Shown here: positions 9,657 to 19,817 of the stretch, piece after piece
Position numbering within the stretch: position 1 is the stretch's first letter
Layout of the letters: every line of letters starts with the position of its first letter
NCBI GenBank assembly: GCA_965213865.1
Contig: OZ243928.1
Span: 2,106,828 to 2,170,827 of the forward strand
Origin: Arenicellales bacterium
GTDB taxonomy: Bacteria; Pseudomonadota; Gammaproteobacteria; Arenicellales; JAJDZL01
Length of the DNA: 64,000 nucleotides
Reading direction: 5' to 3'
Translations under genes and position numbers: made by a program
Notes under the pieces: generated by a model
The model's input: the letters and a program-made list of their open reading frames with translations, nothing else
Databases searched by the model: none
Told to the model about the DNA's origin: nothing

Positions 9657-11075
9657 ATGGCCATCTCTGCTCGACACTTTGCCCGCTTGGGCGCTGTGCA
9701 GTTTTTGTACAGCTGGGATATCCAGAAAGATTCTCTGGAAACCGTCGATGATCGCCAGTGTCTGATTGATAAAGATGTCTTCTTGCGCGGTGATCTGAAA
9801 TATTTCAAGACGTTATTGGAGAAGATTCCGCCGAAGGTGCCCTTGATTGACGAGGCCATTGCCGCTGCGGCGCGCCGCGAACTCTCAGAAATCGATGCAG
9901 TTGCACTGGCGATCTTGCGTCTTGGAGCTTACGAGATGCTGTACCGGCCGGATGTTCCGTTTCGGGTGGTGGCCAACGAATGTATCGAGTTATCCAGGGA
10001 TTTCGGCAACCTGGACAGCTATCGGTTTATCAATGGCACTCTGGACAAGCTCGCATCGCGACTGAAAAGTGATCATGATTCCTCGGCAGATGACGCAGAC
10101 GTTCCGGCATCGAGCGGCGAGTCGCGGATCATCAACGAGTATTTTTTGCGGCATTCCGCTGCATTCAGTGACACTGTCGTGGCTGGAATTGGCGATGATG
10201 CCGCGGTGTTGCGTGTCCCGACTGGAATGCAGCTTGTCATATCGTCGGACACATCCGCGGAAGATGTGCATTTCCCAGCGGGTGCCGCACCGGATGATAT
10301 CGGCTATCGGGCGCTTGCTGTTGCCATGAGTGATATCGCTGCGATGGGAGCGCGGCCGACACATGCGATGCTGAATCTGGCTGTCCCTCAATTTGCTGCT
10401 GCGTGGCTGCGGCAGTTCAGCGCCGGATTTTTTGAATTGATGGATCGTTATGAGATGTCACTGATCGGCGGCGATACTGTCAAGGGCCCTCTCAATATTG
10501 GTGTCACTGTCTTTGGCTTGGTGGAGTCGAATGCGTTCCTGACCCGTCATGGCGCTCAGGCAGAAGATGGCATTTACGTCACGGGCACACTCGGCGATGC
10601 CGGGCTGGGCTTGCAAAAAATCCATGCGAGACTATCGAAAAACTCATCGCTGCATTTTTTTCGCAATCGCTACCTGCGGCCAGCGCCTCGCATTGAAGCG
10701 GGTCTGGCGCTGGCAGCGCAGGCCAGCGCCGCGATTGATGTTTCTGACGGTTTGATCGCGGACCTGGGACACATTCTGACCGCCAGTTCCGTCGGTGCGG
10801 ACCTGTATCTGGAGCAGTTGCCGCTGTCAGACCCGTACAGGCGTCAGCTGGATAAGATCGGCTGGAATTTTGCACTGACCCATGGCGACGATTACGAGTT
10901 GTGCTTCACTTTGCCGCCGGGTAACGAGGATGCAGTCAATAAACTCAGCAGGCAGCTGGGGCTGCCGATTCAGCGCATCGGTACAATCAGCAATCAGTCC
11001 GGGCTGCGGATCTATGATGCTGCCGACCAGCTCGTGAACATCAGTCATACCGGCTTCTCTCACCTCTCGGATTAG
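9657..11075 (+). CDS. single ORF fusing transcription antitermination factor NusB (aa 1-~137) to thiamine-monophosphate kinase ThiL (aa ~155-472)
   Basis: The N-terminal part reads ARHFARLGAVQFLYSW..AILRLGAYEM..PFRVVANECIELSR..INGTLDKLA (NusB). A linker SDHDSSADDADVPASS follows. The rest reads GESRIINEYF..IGDDAAVL..SSDT..EDVHF and GGDT (ThiL/AIR-synthase fold). There is no stop codon and no in-frame start codon at the junction near 10060-10130. Confidence 0.8.
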   Translation: MAISARHFARLGAVQFLYSWDIQKDSLETVDDRQCLIDKDVFLRGDLKYFKTLLEKIPPKVPLIDEAIAAAARRELSEIDAVALAILRLGAYEMLYRPDVPFRVVANECIELSRDFGNLDSYRFINGTLDKLASRLKSDHDSSADDADVPASSGESRIINEYFLRHSAAFSDTVVAGIGDDAAVLRVPTGMQLVISSDTSAEDVHFPAGAAPDDIGYRALAVAMSDIAAMGARPTHAMLNLAVPQFAAAWLRQFSAGFFELMDRYEMSLIGGDTVKGPLNIGVTVFGLVESNAFLTRHGAQAEDGIYVTGTLGDAGLGLQKIHARLSKNSSLHFFRNRYLRPAPRIEAGLALAAQASAAIDVSDGLIADLGHILTASSVGADLYLEQLPLSDPYRRQLDKIGWNFALTHGDDYELCFTLPPGNEDAVNKLSRQLGLPIQRIGTISNQSGLRIYDAADQLVNISHTGFSHLSD

Positions 11076-11082
11076 CCAATCG

Positions 11083-11571
11083 ATGGCAGTGAGCGGCTTC
11101 AATCATCGAAACTTGGCAGCCAATCCGATTCATTGGATCAGCTGTGGCTTTGGGCTTGGGCTGGCGCCGAAAGCGCCCGGCACCTTTGGTACGCTGCTTG
11201 GCATTGCGATCGTATATTTCACTGCCCCGACTGGCCCTGTCAAGTTTGCCATTATCACTGCGGTTTTGTTTTTCGTCGGCATCGGTGTCTGCCAGGTCAC
11301 TGCCAGTGCGCTGGAACGGCGTGACCCCAGAGCGATTGTCTGGGATGAAGCGGTGGGTTACTGTGTTGCCATGCTCTTCGTTCCGGTCAGCGCAGTGACT
11401 CTGATACTGGGATTTTTGCTGTTCAGGTTTTTTGATATCTGGAAGCCATGGCCGATTTCGGCTGTTGACAGGCATGTGCACGGTGGATTTGGCATTATGC
11501 TCGACGATGCGATTGCCGGCATATTCACCTGCGTGCTGCTGCAGCTTGCGGTGTTTTTATGGCTTGCATGA
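11083..11571 (+). CDS. pgpA: phosphatidylglycerophosphatase A
   Basis: Contains FGLGLAPKAPGTFGTL and FRFFDIWKPWP, in the conserved thiL-pgpA order. Confidence 0.85.
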   Translation: MAVSGFNHRNLAANPIHWISCGFGLGLAPKAPGTFGTLLGIAIVYFTAPTGPVKFAIITAVLFFVGIGVCQVTASALERRDPRAIVWDEAVGYCVAMLFVPVSAVTLILGFLLFRFFDIWKPWPISAVDRHVHGGFGIMLDDAIAGIFTCVLLQLAVFLWLA

Positions 11572-11827
11572 ATTTGGAAGACGCGTCTTTGCGAAGCAAA
11601 AAAGCATATATTTCGATCGATTGAAAAGACTCGGATGACTAATTTCAGCTGAAATATCGGATTTATGAAATAATTCGCTAAAATGGGACTGTGGATGTCC
11701 ATATCAGCGATTTCGACTCAGTCAATTGCCATTTGACGCAGAATCTTAGTCTCAGGCGCTGGAGATCTGTTCGCTTCCATTTTGCGCAATGGGTGGCTGA
11801 ACACGAACAAAAAGCAAGGTAATATTA

Positions 11828-12214
11828 ATGAAAATTGGATACAAGCAGCTGCTTGAGAACGCGCTCAAAGAGATTGAGACAGTCAGTCTGGAACAGGCAG
11901 TCGAGATGCATGCGTCAGATGCTGTTCAGTTTGTTGATCTTCGCGACATCAGAGAACTCAAAAGCGAGGGAAAAATCCCTGATGCTTTCCACATGCCGCG
12001 CGGCATGCTGGAATTCTGGGTCGATCCGGAAAGTCCGTATTTCAAATCCGTTTTTGCACAAGATTTGAGATTCGTGTTTTATTGCAAGACCGGGTGGCGC
12101 TCAGCTTTGGCAACGCAGACTGCCCAGAACATGGGCCTGCGCAACGTGTGCCATATTGAGGGCGGTTACGATGCTTGGAAAGCGTCCGATGCAGACATTG
12201 AGTCGATCGACTGA
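11828..12214 (+). CDS. single-domain rhodanese-like sulfurtransferase
   Basis: 128 aa with the active-site loop YCKTGWRSALA (C-x4-R/S). Confidence 0.75.
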   Translation: MKIGYKQLLENALKEIETVSLEQAVEMHASDAVQFVDLRDIRELKSEGKIPDAFHMPRGMLEFWVDPESPYFKSVFAQDLRFVFYCKTGWRSALATQTAQNMGLRNVCHIEGGYDAWKASDADIESID

Positions 12215-12318
12215 ACTGGCGCGATTGGATAGGCATCATCCCCGTTGATCACTTGAGCCGATCAGACTCGAATTTCATTCGACTTCATATTACGAACTCC
12301 CGATTTCAAGGTTTTTGC

Positions 12319-13038
12319 ATGAAAATAATCGTATCTCTAGCCATGGCGACATTAGTTTTTGCCGCTGCGGCCATTGCGGATGAGCAAAAAGAAGCGCTGC
12401 AGGGCGCTTTGAGCGAATTGACATCAGCGGCGGTGTCCGGCGATGCATTGACGGCAACGCAAGCCAAGGGTGTGTATCTTTGGTCCAGCGGCGGCCGCGA
12501 CCACTATGTTGCGCTAGTCGACGGGCATCTGTTTGTGGGTGAGGTCTACGATCTCGGGCAGCAGAAAACACTGCGTGAAATCAGCACTCAGGCTGCATTG
12601 AAGGATGTTCTGAATGCCATGCCGCCCGAAGAGCTGATTGTATTTCCGGCCGCTGACTACCAAAGGCATATGACAGTCTTCACGGATATTGACTGCGGCT
12701 ATTGCCGCCGGCTGCATGCCGAAGTGCCGCTGCTGACGGCGGGCGGACTTGAGGTTCGATATGCCGCGTTCCCCAGAGCGGGGATCGGGTCTGCAAGCTA
12801 TGACAAGATTGTCACGGTCTGGTGCTCTGAAGACCAGCGCGATGCGATGACACGCTCAAAGCTGGGAGAGCGTCTTGAGGATTTGTCCTGTGCCAATCCC
12901 GTTGCCGAGCATTATGCTGCTGGCAGTGAAGCCGGGATTTCCGGCACACCCACCCTGGTGATGGATGACGGCACGGTCATTGGCGGCTACATACCGGCTG
13001 AGGAACTGCTGGCGAGATTGGGTCTGGCGGCCAACTGA
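12319..13038 (+). CDS. dsbC: periplasmic thiol:disulfide interchange protein DsbC/DsbG family
   Basis: Has a signal peptide MKIIVSLAMATLVFAAAAIA, a thioredoxin-fold CxxC (FTDIDCGYCRRLH), a second Cys pair, and GTPT. Start set at the ATG at 12319. Confidence 0.85.
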   Translation: MKIIVSLAMATLVFAAAAIADEQKEALQGALSELTSAAVSGDALTATQAKGVYLWSSGGRDHYVALVDGHLFVGEVYDLGQQKTLREISTQAALKDVLNAMPPEELIVFPAADYQRHMTVFTDIDCGYCRRLHAEVPLLTAGGLEVRYAAFPRAGIGSASYDKIVTVWCSEDQRDAMTRSKLGERLEDLSCANPVAEHYAAGSEAGISGTPTLVMDDGTVIGGYIPAEELLARLGLAAN

Positions 13039-13148
13039 GGCTGCCGATTGCACGTATAACAAGAGTCTGAATTTGGCATATTAATTTTGGGAATTGCGAA
13101 ATTGGAAATGGGCGACCGATGCGCATCCCGGCAAAACAGGAAAAGCAA

Positions 13149-14183
13149 ATGGATGACAGCAAGAAAAAAGTATTAGAAGCGACTCTGAAGCAGATTAAGC
13201 AGCAGTTCGGACAGGCTTCCATCATGCGCTTGGGTGATGGTCAGGTCGATCGAAACGTAGAGGTTATACCTACCGGCTCGCTGGGTCTGGATTTGATCCT
13301 AGGTGTCGGCGGCTTGCCTCGAGGCCGCATTGTGGAGGTTTACGGACCTGAGGCGACTGGCAAGACGAGTCTGACCCTTTCGGTGGTTGCGCAGGCGCAG
13401 AAACTCGGCGGCACCGCGGCCTTCATCGATGCCGAGCATGCGCTGAATACGCCGCATGCGACTGCTTTGGGCGTGAATCTTGACGATCTGCTGATTTCAC
13501 AGCCGAGCAGCGGCGGCGAGGAAGCTCTCGAAATCGTGGATCATCTGGTTCGCTCCGCGGCTGTTGACGTTGTCGTGGTTGACTCTGTAGCGGCATTGAC
13601 GCCCAGAGCCGAGCTTGATGGTGAAATGGGCGACTCATTCATGGGCTTGCATGCGCGATTGATGTCGCAGGCGCTGCGCAAATTGACCGGCAGCATCAGC
13701 AAATCCAATACGCTGGTTATCTTCATCAACCAGATTCGCCAGAAAATCGGGCAAATCTACGGCAGTCCTGAAGTGACCACCGGCGGCAATGCGCTGAAGT
13801 TCTACGCCTCAGTACGGCTTGATATTCGAAAAATCGGGTGGATCAAGAAAAGCGATGAGACTATTGGCATCCAGACCCGGGTCAGAGTGGTCAAAAACAA
13901 GGTGGCCCCGCCGTTTAAGTTTTGCGAGTTTGACATGATCTTTGAGCAGGGCATTTCCAAAGAAGGAGAATTGCTTGACTTGGGTGTAGAGCACGGTATT
14001 GTCGACCGGGCTGGCGCCTGGTACAGCTTCAATGAGACGCGTATCGGCCAAGGACGAGACAATGCGCGAATATTTTTGCGGGAAAACGCCGATATTGCAG
14101 CTGAGATCGAAAGCGCGATCCGCCAGCGTCTGGCACGGGATGCGGCAGCCGAACCGGCTCCGGTTGCCGAAGAGGCCAGCTGA
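13149..14183 (+). CDS. recA: recombinase RecA
   Basis: Contains [12 protein letters not shown], Walker [11 protein letters not shown] and FIDAEHAL. Start at the ATG at 13149 ([11 protein letters not shown]). Confidence 0.97.
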   Translation: MDDSKKKVLEATLKQIKQQFGQASIMRLGDGQVDRNVEVIPTGSLGLDLILGVGGLPRGRIVEVYGPEATGKTSLTLSVVAQAQKLGGTAAFIDAEHALNTPHATALGVNLDDLLISQPSSGGEEALEIVDHLVRSAAVDVVVVDSVAALTPRAELDGEMGDSFMGLHARLMSQALRKLTGSISKSNTLVIFINQIRQKIGQIYGSPEVTTGGNALKFYASVRLDIRKIGWIKKSDETIGIQTRVRVVKNKVAPPFKFCEFDMIFEQGISKEGELLDLGVEHGIVDRAGAWYSFNETRIGQGRDNARIFLRENADIAAEIESAIRQRLARDAAAEPAPVAEEAS

Positions 14184-14639
14184 TTGGATTCAACGCAGAT
14201 ACTCACACGCAAAGCAGTGCGTCTGCTGGCCAGACGGGAACATGGCAAAGCTGAGCTGACCGGCAAACTTGTCGCAAAAGGCGCTGATCCCGAGATGGCC
14301 AAGAGTGTGGTCGAGTCTCTGGCGATGACTGGCGCCGTCAGTGATGAGCGGTTTGCCGCAAGCTTTGCTGAAGGACGCAAGGCCAGGGGCTATGGCCCGC
14401 AGCGAATTGAGCGGGACCTGCGTCTGGCGGGCATTGACGAGGCCTTGATTGACTCGACCATCCGGCCGGGTGATGAGCAGTGGCGGCAAGTTTTGAAAAA
14501 AACGATCAGAAAAAAGTATGGCGATCGACCCGCCGACAGTTTCAGCGAGTGGGCCAAACGCGCCAATTTTCTGCGTGGTAAAGGATTTTCCAGCGAATTG
14601 GTGCATCAGGCTCTAGGGCGCTATGCGGGAGAGGAGTAA
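14184..14639 (+). CDS. recX: recombination regulator RecX
   Basis: 151 aa helical-repeat protein directly after recA, containing LLARREH and GYGPQRIERDL. Confidence 0.8.
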   Translation: MDSTQILTRKAVRLLARREHGKAELTGKLVAKGADPEMAKSVVESLAMTGAVSDERFAASFAEGRKARGYGPQRIERDLRLAGIDEALIDSTIRPGDEQWRQVLKKTIRKKYGDRPADSFSEWAKRANFLRGKGFSSELVHQALGRYAGEE

Positions 14640-14685
14640 TCATTTCGTGCTGTTTCCAGAACAATAGAAATTGAATCAAGAATCA

Positions 14686-17271
14686 ATGAAAACTATTGAG
14701 ATAAGAAAACTGTTTTTGGATTTCTTCGCGGAACATGGACATGAGGTTGTGCCAAGCAGTCCGCTGGTTCCCGGCCAGGACCCGACATTGCTGTTTACCA
14801 ATGCTGGCATGGTGCAGTTCAAAGATGTCTTTTTGGGGACAGACAAGCGGCCCTATGCGAGGGCGGTCACAGCGCAGCGCTGCGTTCGGGCTGGCGGCAA
14901 GCACAACGATCTGGAAAATGTCGGCTACACAGCGCGTCATCATACATTTTTTGAGATGCTGGGCAATTTCAGTTTCGGGGATTACTTCAAGCGTGATGCA
15001 ATCCGCTATGCCTGGCGTCTGCTGGTCGATCGAATAGGGCTTGAGCCCGACCGGCTCTGGGTTACGGTGTATGCTGAAGACGATGAGGCTGCGGATGTTT
15101 GGCACAATGACATTGGTGTGCCCGTTGAGCGTGTCATTCGCATCGCGAGCTCAGACAATTTCTGGAGCATGGGTGATACAGGTCCGTGCGGGCCTTGTTC
15201 TGAGATATTTTTTGATCACGGGCCGCAGATTGACGGCGGACCGCCAGGCTCAGAGGACCAGGATGGGGATCGTTACGTTGAGCTGTGGAATTTGGTTTTC
15301 ATGCAATACGAACGGTTTGCTGACGGCTCCATGGTGGCGCTGCCAAAACCTTCTGTGGATACCGGCATGGGGCTTGAGCGTATCGCCACCGTGCTGCAGA
15401 ATGTCCATAGCAATTACGAAATCGACCTGTTTCGCGCACTGATCGATGATGCGGCTGAGGTGATCGGCACGACCGACAAGGAGAGCCAGTCGCTGCGGGT
15501 GATTGCCGATCACATTCGGTCCGCGGCATTTTTGATTGTCGACGGTGTTGCGCCGTCGAATGAGGGGCGCGGCTATGTATTGCGGCGCATTGTGCGCCGT
15601 GCGATCCGCCACGGCTATCAGCTGGGATGCAAAACACCTTTCATGCATCGGCTCACCGGACAGCTGGCCGAGCAGATGGGGGATGCTTATCCAGAGTTAA
15701 GGCAGGCCCAGAGCAAGGTTGAAGGCGTATTGCGGCGTGAAGGCGAGCGCTTCGCGAAAACCTTGGATCAAGGGATCAAGATTCTGGAACGCGAAATCGA
15801 TGCGCAGCAAGGCGCCGAACTGCCCGGAGCTGTCGCGTTTCGGCTGTATGACACCTACGGTTTTCCGCTCGACTTGACCTCAGACTATCTGCGAGAGCGA
15901 AACATGACAGTGGATATCGAAGGCTACGAGCAGGCTATGCAAGAGCAGCGTGAGCGTGCCAAGTCGGCCAGCAGGTTTGATGCAGCCGCAGAAACCAGCG
16001 CCTATGTGGATGCTCAAGTCGAATTTACCGGCTATGTTTCCTTGGGCGGGGAGAGCAGAATAAGCGCAATCTTATGCGATGGCGAGCGCCGAGAGGCATT
16101 TGAGACGAATGAGCAGGCGATCCTGGTGCTGCAGTCTACGCCGTTTTATGCTGAAAGCGGCGGGCAGGTTGGCGACAGCGGTATCATTCGCCATGCGGAT
16201 GCCGAGTTCATTGTTGAGGATACGCAGTATCTGTCCAATAAAGTAACTGGTCATATCGGACGGGTGACAGCGGGTGCGTTTCGCATTGATGACGCTGTTG
16301 AATGTGAGGTCAATGCGGTCGACCGGGAATCAACCAAAAGAAATCACTCTGCAACCCATTTGCTTCATGCGGCGCTCAAATCTGTACTGGGCTCTCATGT
16401 TCAGCAGAGAGGCTCGCTGGTGTCACCGCAGCGGCTGCGTTTTGATTTCTCTCACGACAAGGCGCTGGAGGCCGCGGAGCTTCAGGCTATTGAGGCCATT
16501 GTCAATGCCAGCATTCGCACCAACCATGCGGTAACCAGCAGCTGGATGGAGCTGGAAGAGGCCAAGGCGCAAGGGGCGGAAGCGCTGTTTGGCGAGAAAT
16601 ATGACAATGAGGTGCGTGTGATTGAGATGGGTGACTGTTCGCTGGAACTGTGCGGCGGCACGCATGTTGACCGTACTGGCGATATTGGACTTTTCAAACT
16701 GCTGAGCGAATCGAGCATTGCCTCCGGCATTCGGCGTATTGAGGCGGTGACCGGCGAGCGGGCAGTGGGCCGCATGCAAGAGCAAACCGATCAATTGAGT
16801 CAGATTGCCAGCTTGCTGCACACGGCCGCAAGTGATGTGCAAGCGCGAATTGAGCAGCTGCTTGACAACAGCCGCAAGCTGGAGAAACAGATTGCAGAAC
16901 TCAAGACACAGCTGGCAGTCGGCGGCAGCGCTGCGGAGATGCCAGTCAGAACAGTCAATGGCATTGCGCTGGTGACTGCAAGGCACGACGGCATGGAATC
17001 CAAAGATTTGAAAAATATTCTGGCAGGCATGCAGCAGAAAATCAGGTCTGGCGTGGTCGTGCTTGGCTCGGCACACAAGGGCAAGGCGACTCTGATGTGT
17101 TCCGTTTCCAAGGATATTGCGGAGCGCGTTCACGCGGGCAGCCTCATCCGTGAGCTGTCCAGTATTGTCGGCGGCAGCGGCGGCGGCAAGCCGCACATGG
17201 CGCAAGGCGGAGGTCCGCAAACTGATAGAATAGATGATGCCTTGGCTGCTGTTGAGAATTTTCTCTCATAG
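14686..17271 (+). CDS. alaS: alanine--tRNA ligase
   Basis: Contains FTNAGMVQFK, RAGGKHNDLENVG, the editing-domain HxxxH (HSATHLLH) with CGGTH, and a C-terminal DHHA1 GGGKPHMAQGGG motif. Confidence 0.97.
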   Translation: MKTIEIRKLFLDFFAEHGHEVVPSSPLVPGQDPTLLFTNAGMVQFKDVFLGTDKRPYARAVTAQRCVRAGGKHNDLENVGYTARHHTFFEMLGNFSFGDYFKRDAIRYAWRLLVDRIGLEPDRLWVTVYAEDDEAADVWHNDIGVPVERVIRIASSDNFWSMGDTGPCGPCSEIFFDHGPQIDGGPPGSEDQDGDRYVELWNLVFMQYERFADGSMVALPKPSVDTGMGLERIATVLQNVHSNYEIDLFRALIDDAAEVIGTTDKESQSLRVIADHIRSAAFLIVDGVAPSNEGRGYVLRRIVRRAIRHGYQLGCKTPFMHRLTGQLAEQMGDAYPELRQAQSKVEGVLRREGERFAKTLDQGIKILEREIDAQQGAELPGAVAFRLYDTYGFPLDLTSDYLRERNMTVDIEGYEQAMQEQRERAKSASRFDAAAETSAYVDAQVEFTGYVSLGGESRISAILCDGERREAFETNEQAILVLQSTPFYAESGGQVGDSGIIRHADAEFIVEDTQYLSNKVTGHIGRVTAGAFRIDDAVECEVNAVDRESTKRNHSATHLLHAALKSVLGSHVQQRGSLVSPQRLRFDFSHDKALEAAELQAIEAIVNASIRTNHAVTSSWMELEEAKAQGAEALFGEKYDNEVRVIEMGDCSLELCGGTHVDRTGDIGLFKLLSESSIASGIRRIEAVTGERAVGRMQEQTDQLSQIASLLHTAASDVQARIEQLLDNSRKLEKQIAELKTQLAVGGSAAEMPVRTVNGIALVTARHDGMESKDLKNILAGMQQKIRSGVVVLGSAHKGKATLMCSVSKDIAERVHAGSLIRELSSIVGGSGGGKPHMAQGGGPQTDRIDDALAAVENFLS

Positions 17272-17337
17272 TTTCATTCCGGGCTCCTTTACTGACGGCG
17301 ATAGCGCTCGCTATCTGTCGATTCCTCAGGTGATTTG

Positions 17338-18558
17338 ATGTCTCTCATTGTCGAAAAATATGGCGGCACTTCTGTCGGTGATCTTGATCGAATCGACGCA
17401 GTGTCAAAACGTGTCGCGCAAGCGAAAGAGCAGGGCAACTGTGTTGTGGTTGTGCTCTCTGCCATGGCCGGAGAAACCACTCGTCTAATTGAATTGGGTC
17501 GGGCAGTCGATGCAGATGCGTCGCCGCGAGAGCTGGATATGCTGATTTCAACGGGTGAGCAGCAGACGATTGCACTGTTGAGCATCGCGCTGAATCGCCT
17601 CGGCTGCAAAGCTAAATCTTATGTAGGCAGTCAGGTTCCGATTGTGACCAGCGACCGGCATGGAAAAGCACGTGTCGAGGATATCGATACTGCCAGAATA
17701 CGAGGTGATTTGGAACAAGGATACATTGTTGTCGTAGCCGGATTCCAAGGGGTCAGCAAAGACAACGAAATCACCACGCTTGGCCGCGGCGGCTCCGATA
17801 CCACAGCAGTGGCCCTGGCGGCAGCGCTGAAGGCCGACGAATGCCGCATCTACACGGATGTTGACGGGGTGATGACTGCAGATCCGAGGATCGTTCCCGA
17901 TGCCCGGGTGCTGGAGCGCGTGACATCGGAGGAGATGCTGGAACTTTCAAGCCTTGGGGCCAAGGTTTTACAGATACGGGCAATGGAATTCGCACACAAA
18001 TATGGAGTCAAGCTGCGGGTTCTGTCCTCATTCAGCGACTCAACAGGCACCCTAGTCACAGCGGAGGAGAGGTCGATGGAACAGCCACTGATTACCGGCA
18101 TAGCATACAACACCAATGAAGCCAAATTGACCATTCGGGGTGTGCCGGACCGCCCCGGAATCGCATCGCAGGTATTCGGCTCGATCGCGGAAGCGCAAAT
18201 CAATGTTGACATGATCATACAGAATATCGGCAGCGACAACAATACGGACTTGACCTTTACGGTGGAGCGGGCGGATTTCAAGGTGAGTATTGACTTGCTT
18301 GAGAAAGTGCGGGTCAGTCTGGGTGCGGCAGACATTGTGGCGGCGGACGATATTGCCAAAATTTCTGTGGTCGGGGTGGGCATGCGCTCGCACTCGGGGA
18401 TTGCCACCAAAATGTTCCGAACGCTGGCCGGCGAAGGCATCAATATCCAAATGATCTCAACGTCAGAAATCAAGATTTCTGTGATTGTCGAGGAGAAATA
18501 CGTTGAATTGGGCGTGCGGGCGCTGCATCAAGCATTCGGCTTGGAGCGGACCGCTTAG
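17338..18558 (+). CDS. lysC: aspartate kinase
   Basis: Contains VEKYGGTSV, VVVLSAMAGETT and two C-terminal ACT domains. The last ~108 codons are duplicated at 25287-25610. Confidence 0.95.
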   Translation: MSLIVEKYGGTSVGDLDRIDAVSKRVAQAKEQGNCVVVVLSAMAGETTRLIELGRAVDADASPRELDMLISTGEQQTIALLSIALNRLGCKAKSYVGSQVPIVTSDRHGKARVEDIDTARIRGDLEQGYIVVVAGFQGVSKDNEITTLGRGGSDTTAVALAAALKADECRIYTDVDGVMTADPRIVPDARVLERVTSEEMLELSSLGAKVLQIRAMEFAHKYGVKLRVLSSFSDSTGTLVTAEERSMEQPLITGIAYNTNEAKLTIRGVPDRPGIASQVFGSIAEAQINVDMIIQNIGSDNNTDLTFTVERADFKVSIDLLEKVRVSLGAADIVAADDIAKISVVGVGMRSHSGIATKMFRTLAGEGINIQMISTSEIKISVIVEEKYVELGVRALHQAFGLERTA

Positions 18559-18831
18559 CTCTGGGCATGAAATCTGCATGTTTTGGAGTTGTTTCTGCGG
18601 CTTTTCCATTGGCCTGAGATCCTTGTTGTGACTGAATCTGCGGGGGGGGGTGAATTTTTTCCTTGTCCCGCCAGCGCCGCTCGCTGGAATACTCTCCTGA
18701 AAGGGGCTTTTCACCCCGATTCCGAAAGTCGCCTGATCCAGGCGGCTTTTTTCTTTAGTGGTTTTTTTTATCATAAATCACCCCCCTGCCGGTGCATTAT
18801 CACGGCCATTGCCAAAACTCGGCACACAAAA
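18235..18831 (+). repeat. left copy of a 597-bp direct repeat (lysC 3' end plus 273-bp 3'UTR)
   Basis: Near-identical to 25287-25883. The differences I found are three synonymous changes in the first 16 nt, one synonymous GGG/GGC change, G9 versus G11, T8 versus T6, and one T/C change. Confidence 0.95.
18728..18753 (+). terminator. rho-independent terminator at the end of the lysC 3'UTR
   Basis: The sequence gtcgcctg-atc-caggcggc forms an 8-bp stem and is followed by TTTTTTC. It is repeated in the second copy near 25780-25806. Confidence 0.7.
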
Positions 18832-19139
18832 GAGGCGATTCACGAAAACTGATATTCAATGCGACCTGTTCTGGCATGAATTTTTAGTAATTAAAATTTT
18901 AAATATTTGATAAATATTGTAAAAATATTTTTTCTTTCATGACGGCATCCCCGCTGATCGGGGTTGACTGCTATTATAAGCACAGCGATCTGGGCCGGCT
19001 GCACGGTGTGCTGCGGCGCAATCCGTCGCTGATTCTGATGCTCGGCTTCGAGCTTCAAGGGGGTGCGAGTCGACGATCCGACCGACTGCCGCTGCAAGGT
19101 GCTGGCAGCCAGCTACTTCACGCGCCTAAAGGCGCCCCT

Positions 19140-19445
19140 TTCCGTGAAGTTTGGAGGAATGAAGCTTTAGATTTTACGCCGGAGTTTGAAGAAAATACTG
19201 TGGTCATCAACGAGGTGAGGGGACTGTCGCCTGAGAATACTGAAAGGGAGAGAAGTGCCGAATCTCTCAACGTTGATATTGTTGCAGAGGATAGCGGACA
19301 GATAGCCGCAATCAAGAATCAACTAGAGCGAAGCGACCACCTAGGGGAAACCAATTACCTACCTGACCGTGCTGGAAGCAAAAATCGGTATTTGGATTGT
19401 GTCCCCCCGGCCAGAGCGCGTAAAGGCTGTTTCCTGGCTGAATGA
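19140..19445 (+). pseudogene. remnant of a PD-(D/E)XK/DUF4268-like nuclease gene
   Basis: FREVWRNEALDFTPEF ... VDIVAEDSGQIAAIKNQLERSDHLGE resembles the conserved N-terminal half (vW.nE..dFTpWL ... DIlA.d....viENQle.tDH.HLG). It is truncated and divergent and has no credible start. Confidence 0.4.
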
Positions 19446-19817
19446 ATCTAGAACAGTTTGCTTTTATTTACTAAAGGTGTAAACGATCAAGATCGGAGAC
19501 TCTGCACCAGCATCGTTAGTCACCTATCACTTGGACATACTTGACCAAAGGTTCTGATCGATCAAGTTCATTTCACACATCGCTTCATATATTTGGACAC
19601 TGAACGCCAATCAGGGAATTATAACGGCAGTGTCTCAGCTTGAAAATGTCCTTGCAGGCTTGGGTCGATGCGGTTGCGGCGCATCCGCGAGCACTCCGTC
19701 CGTTCCGGGCTGTCGCCCTCGTGGCCAGCGGCACCCCTGGCGCCGGTCGTGAAAAAAGCGTAATCGCCGGCGGCCCCGACACCCAAGCGGCGGAGCGCCC
19801 GTGTCCGGCCCTGGCCG

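Noticed and set aside
13039-13148. LexA/SOS box upstream of recA.
   Set aside because: No CTGT-N8-ACAG-type palindrome is visible in the 110-bp upstream region. The organism may use a different LexA motif, so this remains unverified.
18599-18753. The idea that the GGA-rich element next to csrA is a CsrB/RsmY-like CsrA-sponge sRNA. There are 6 GGA on the strand antisense to lysC and 6 on the + strand of each array unit.
   Set aside because: In that orientation there is no terminator at the 3' end and no clear promoter. The GGA motifs are not consistently in hairpin loops, and the hairpins are not conserved between copies. The sense strand has only 2 GGA.
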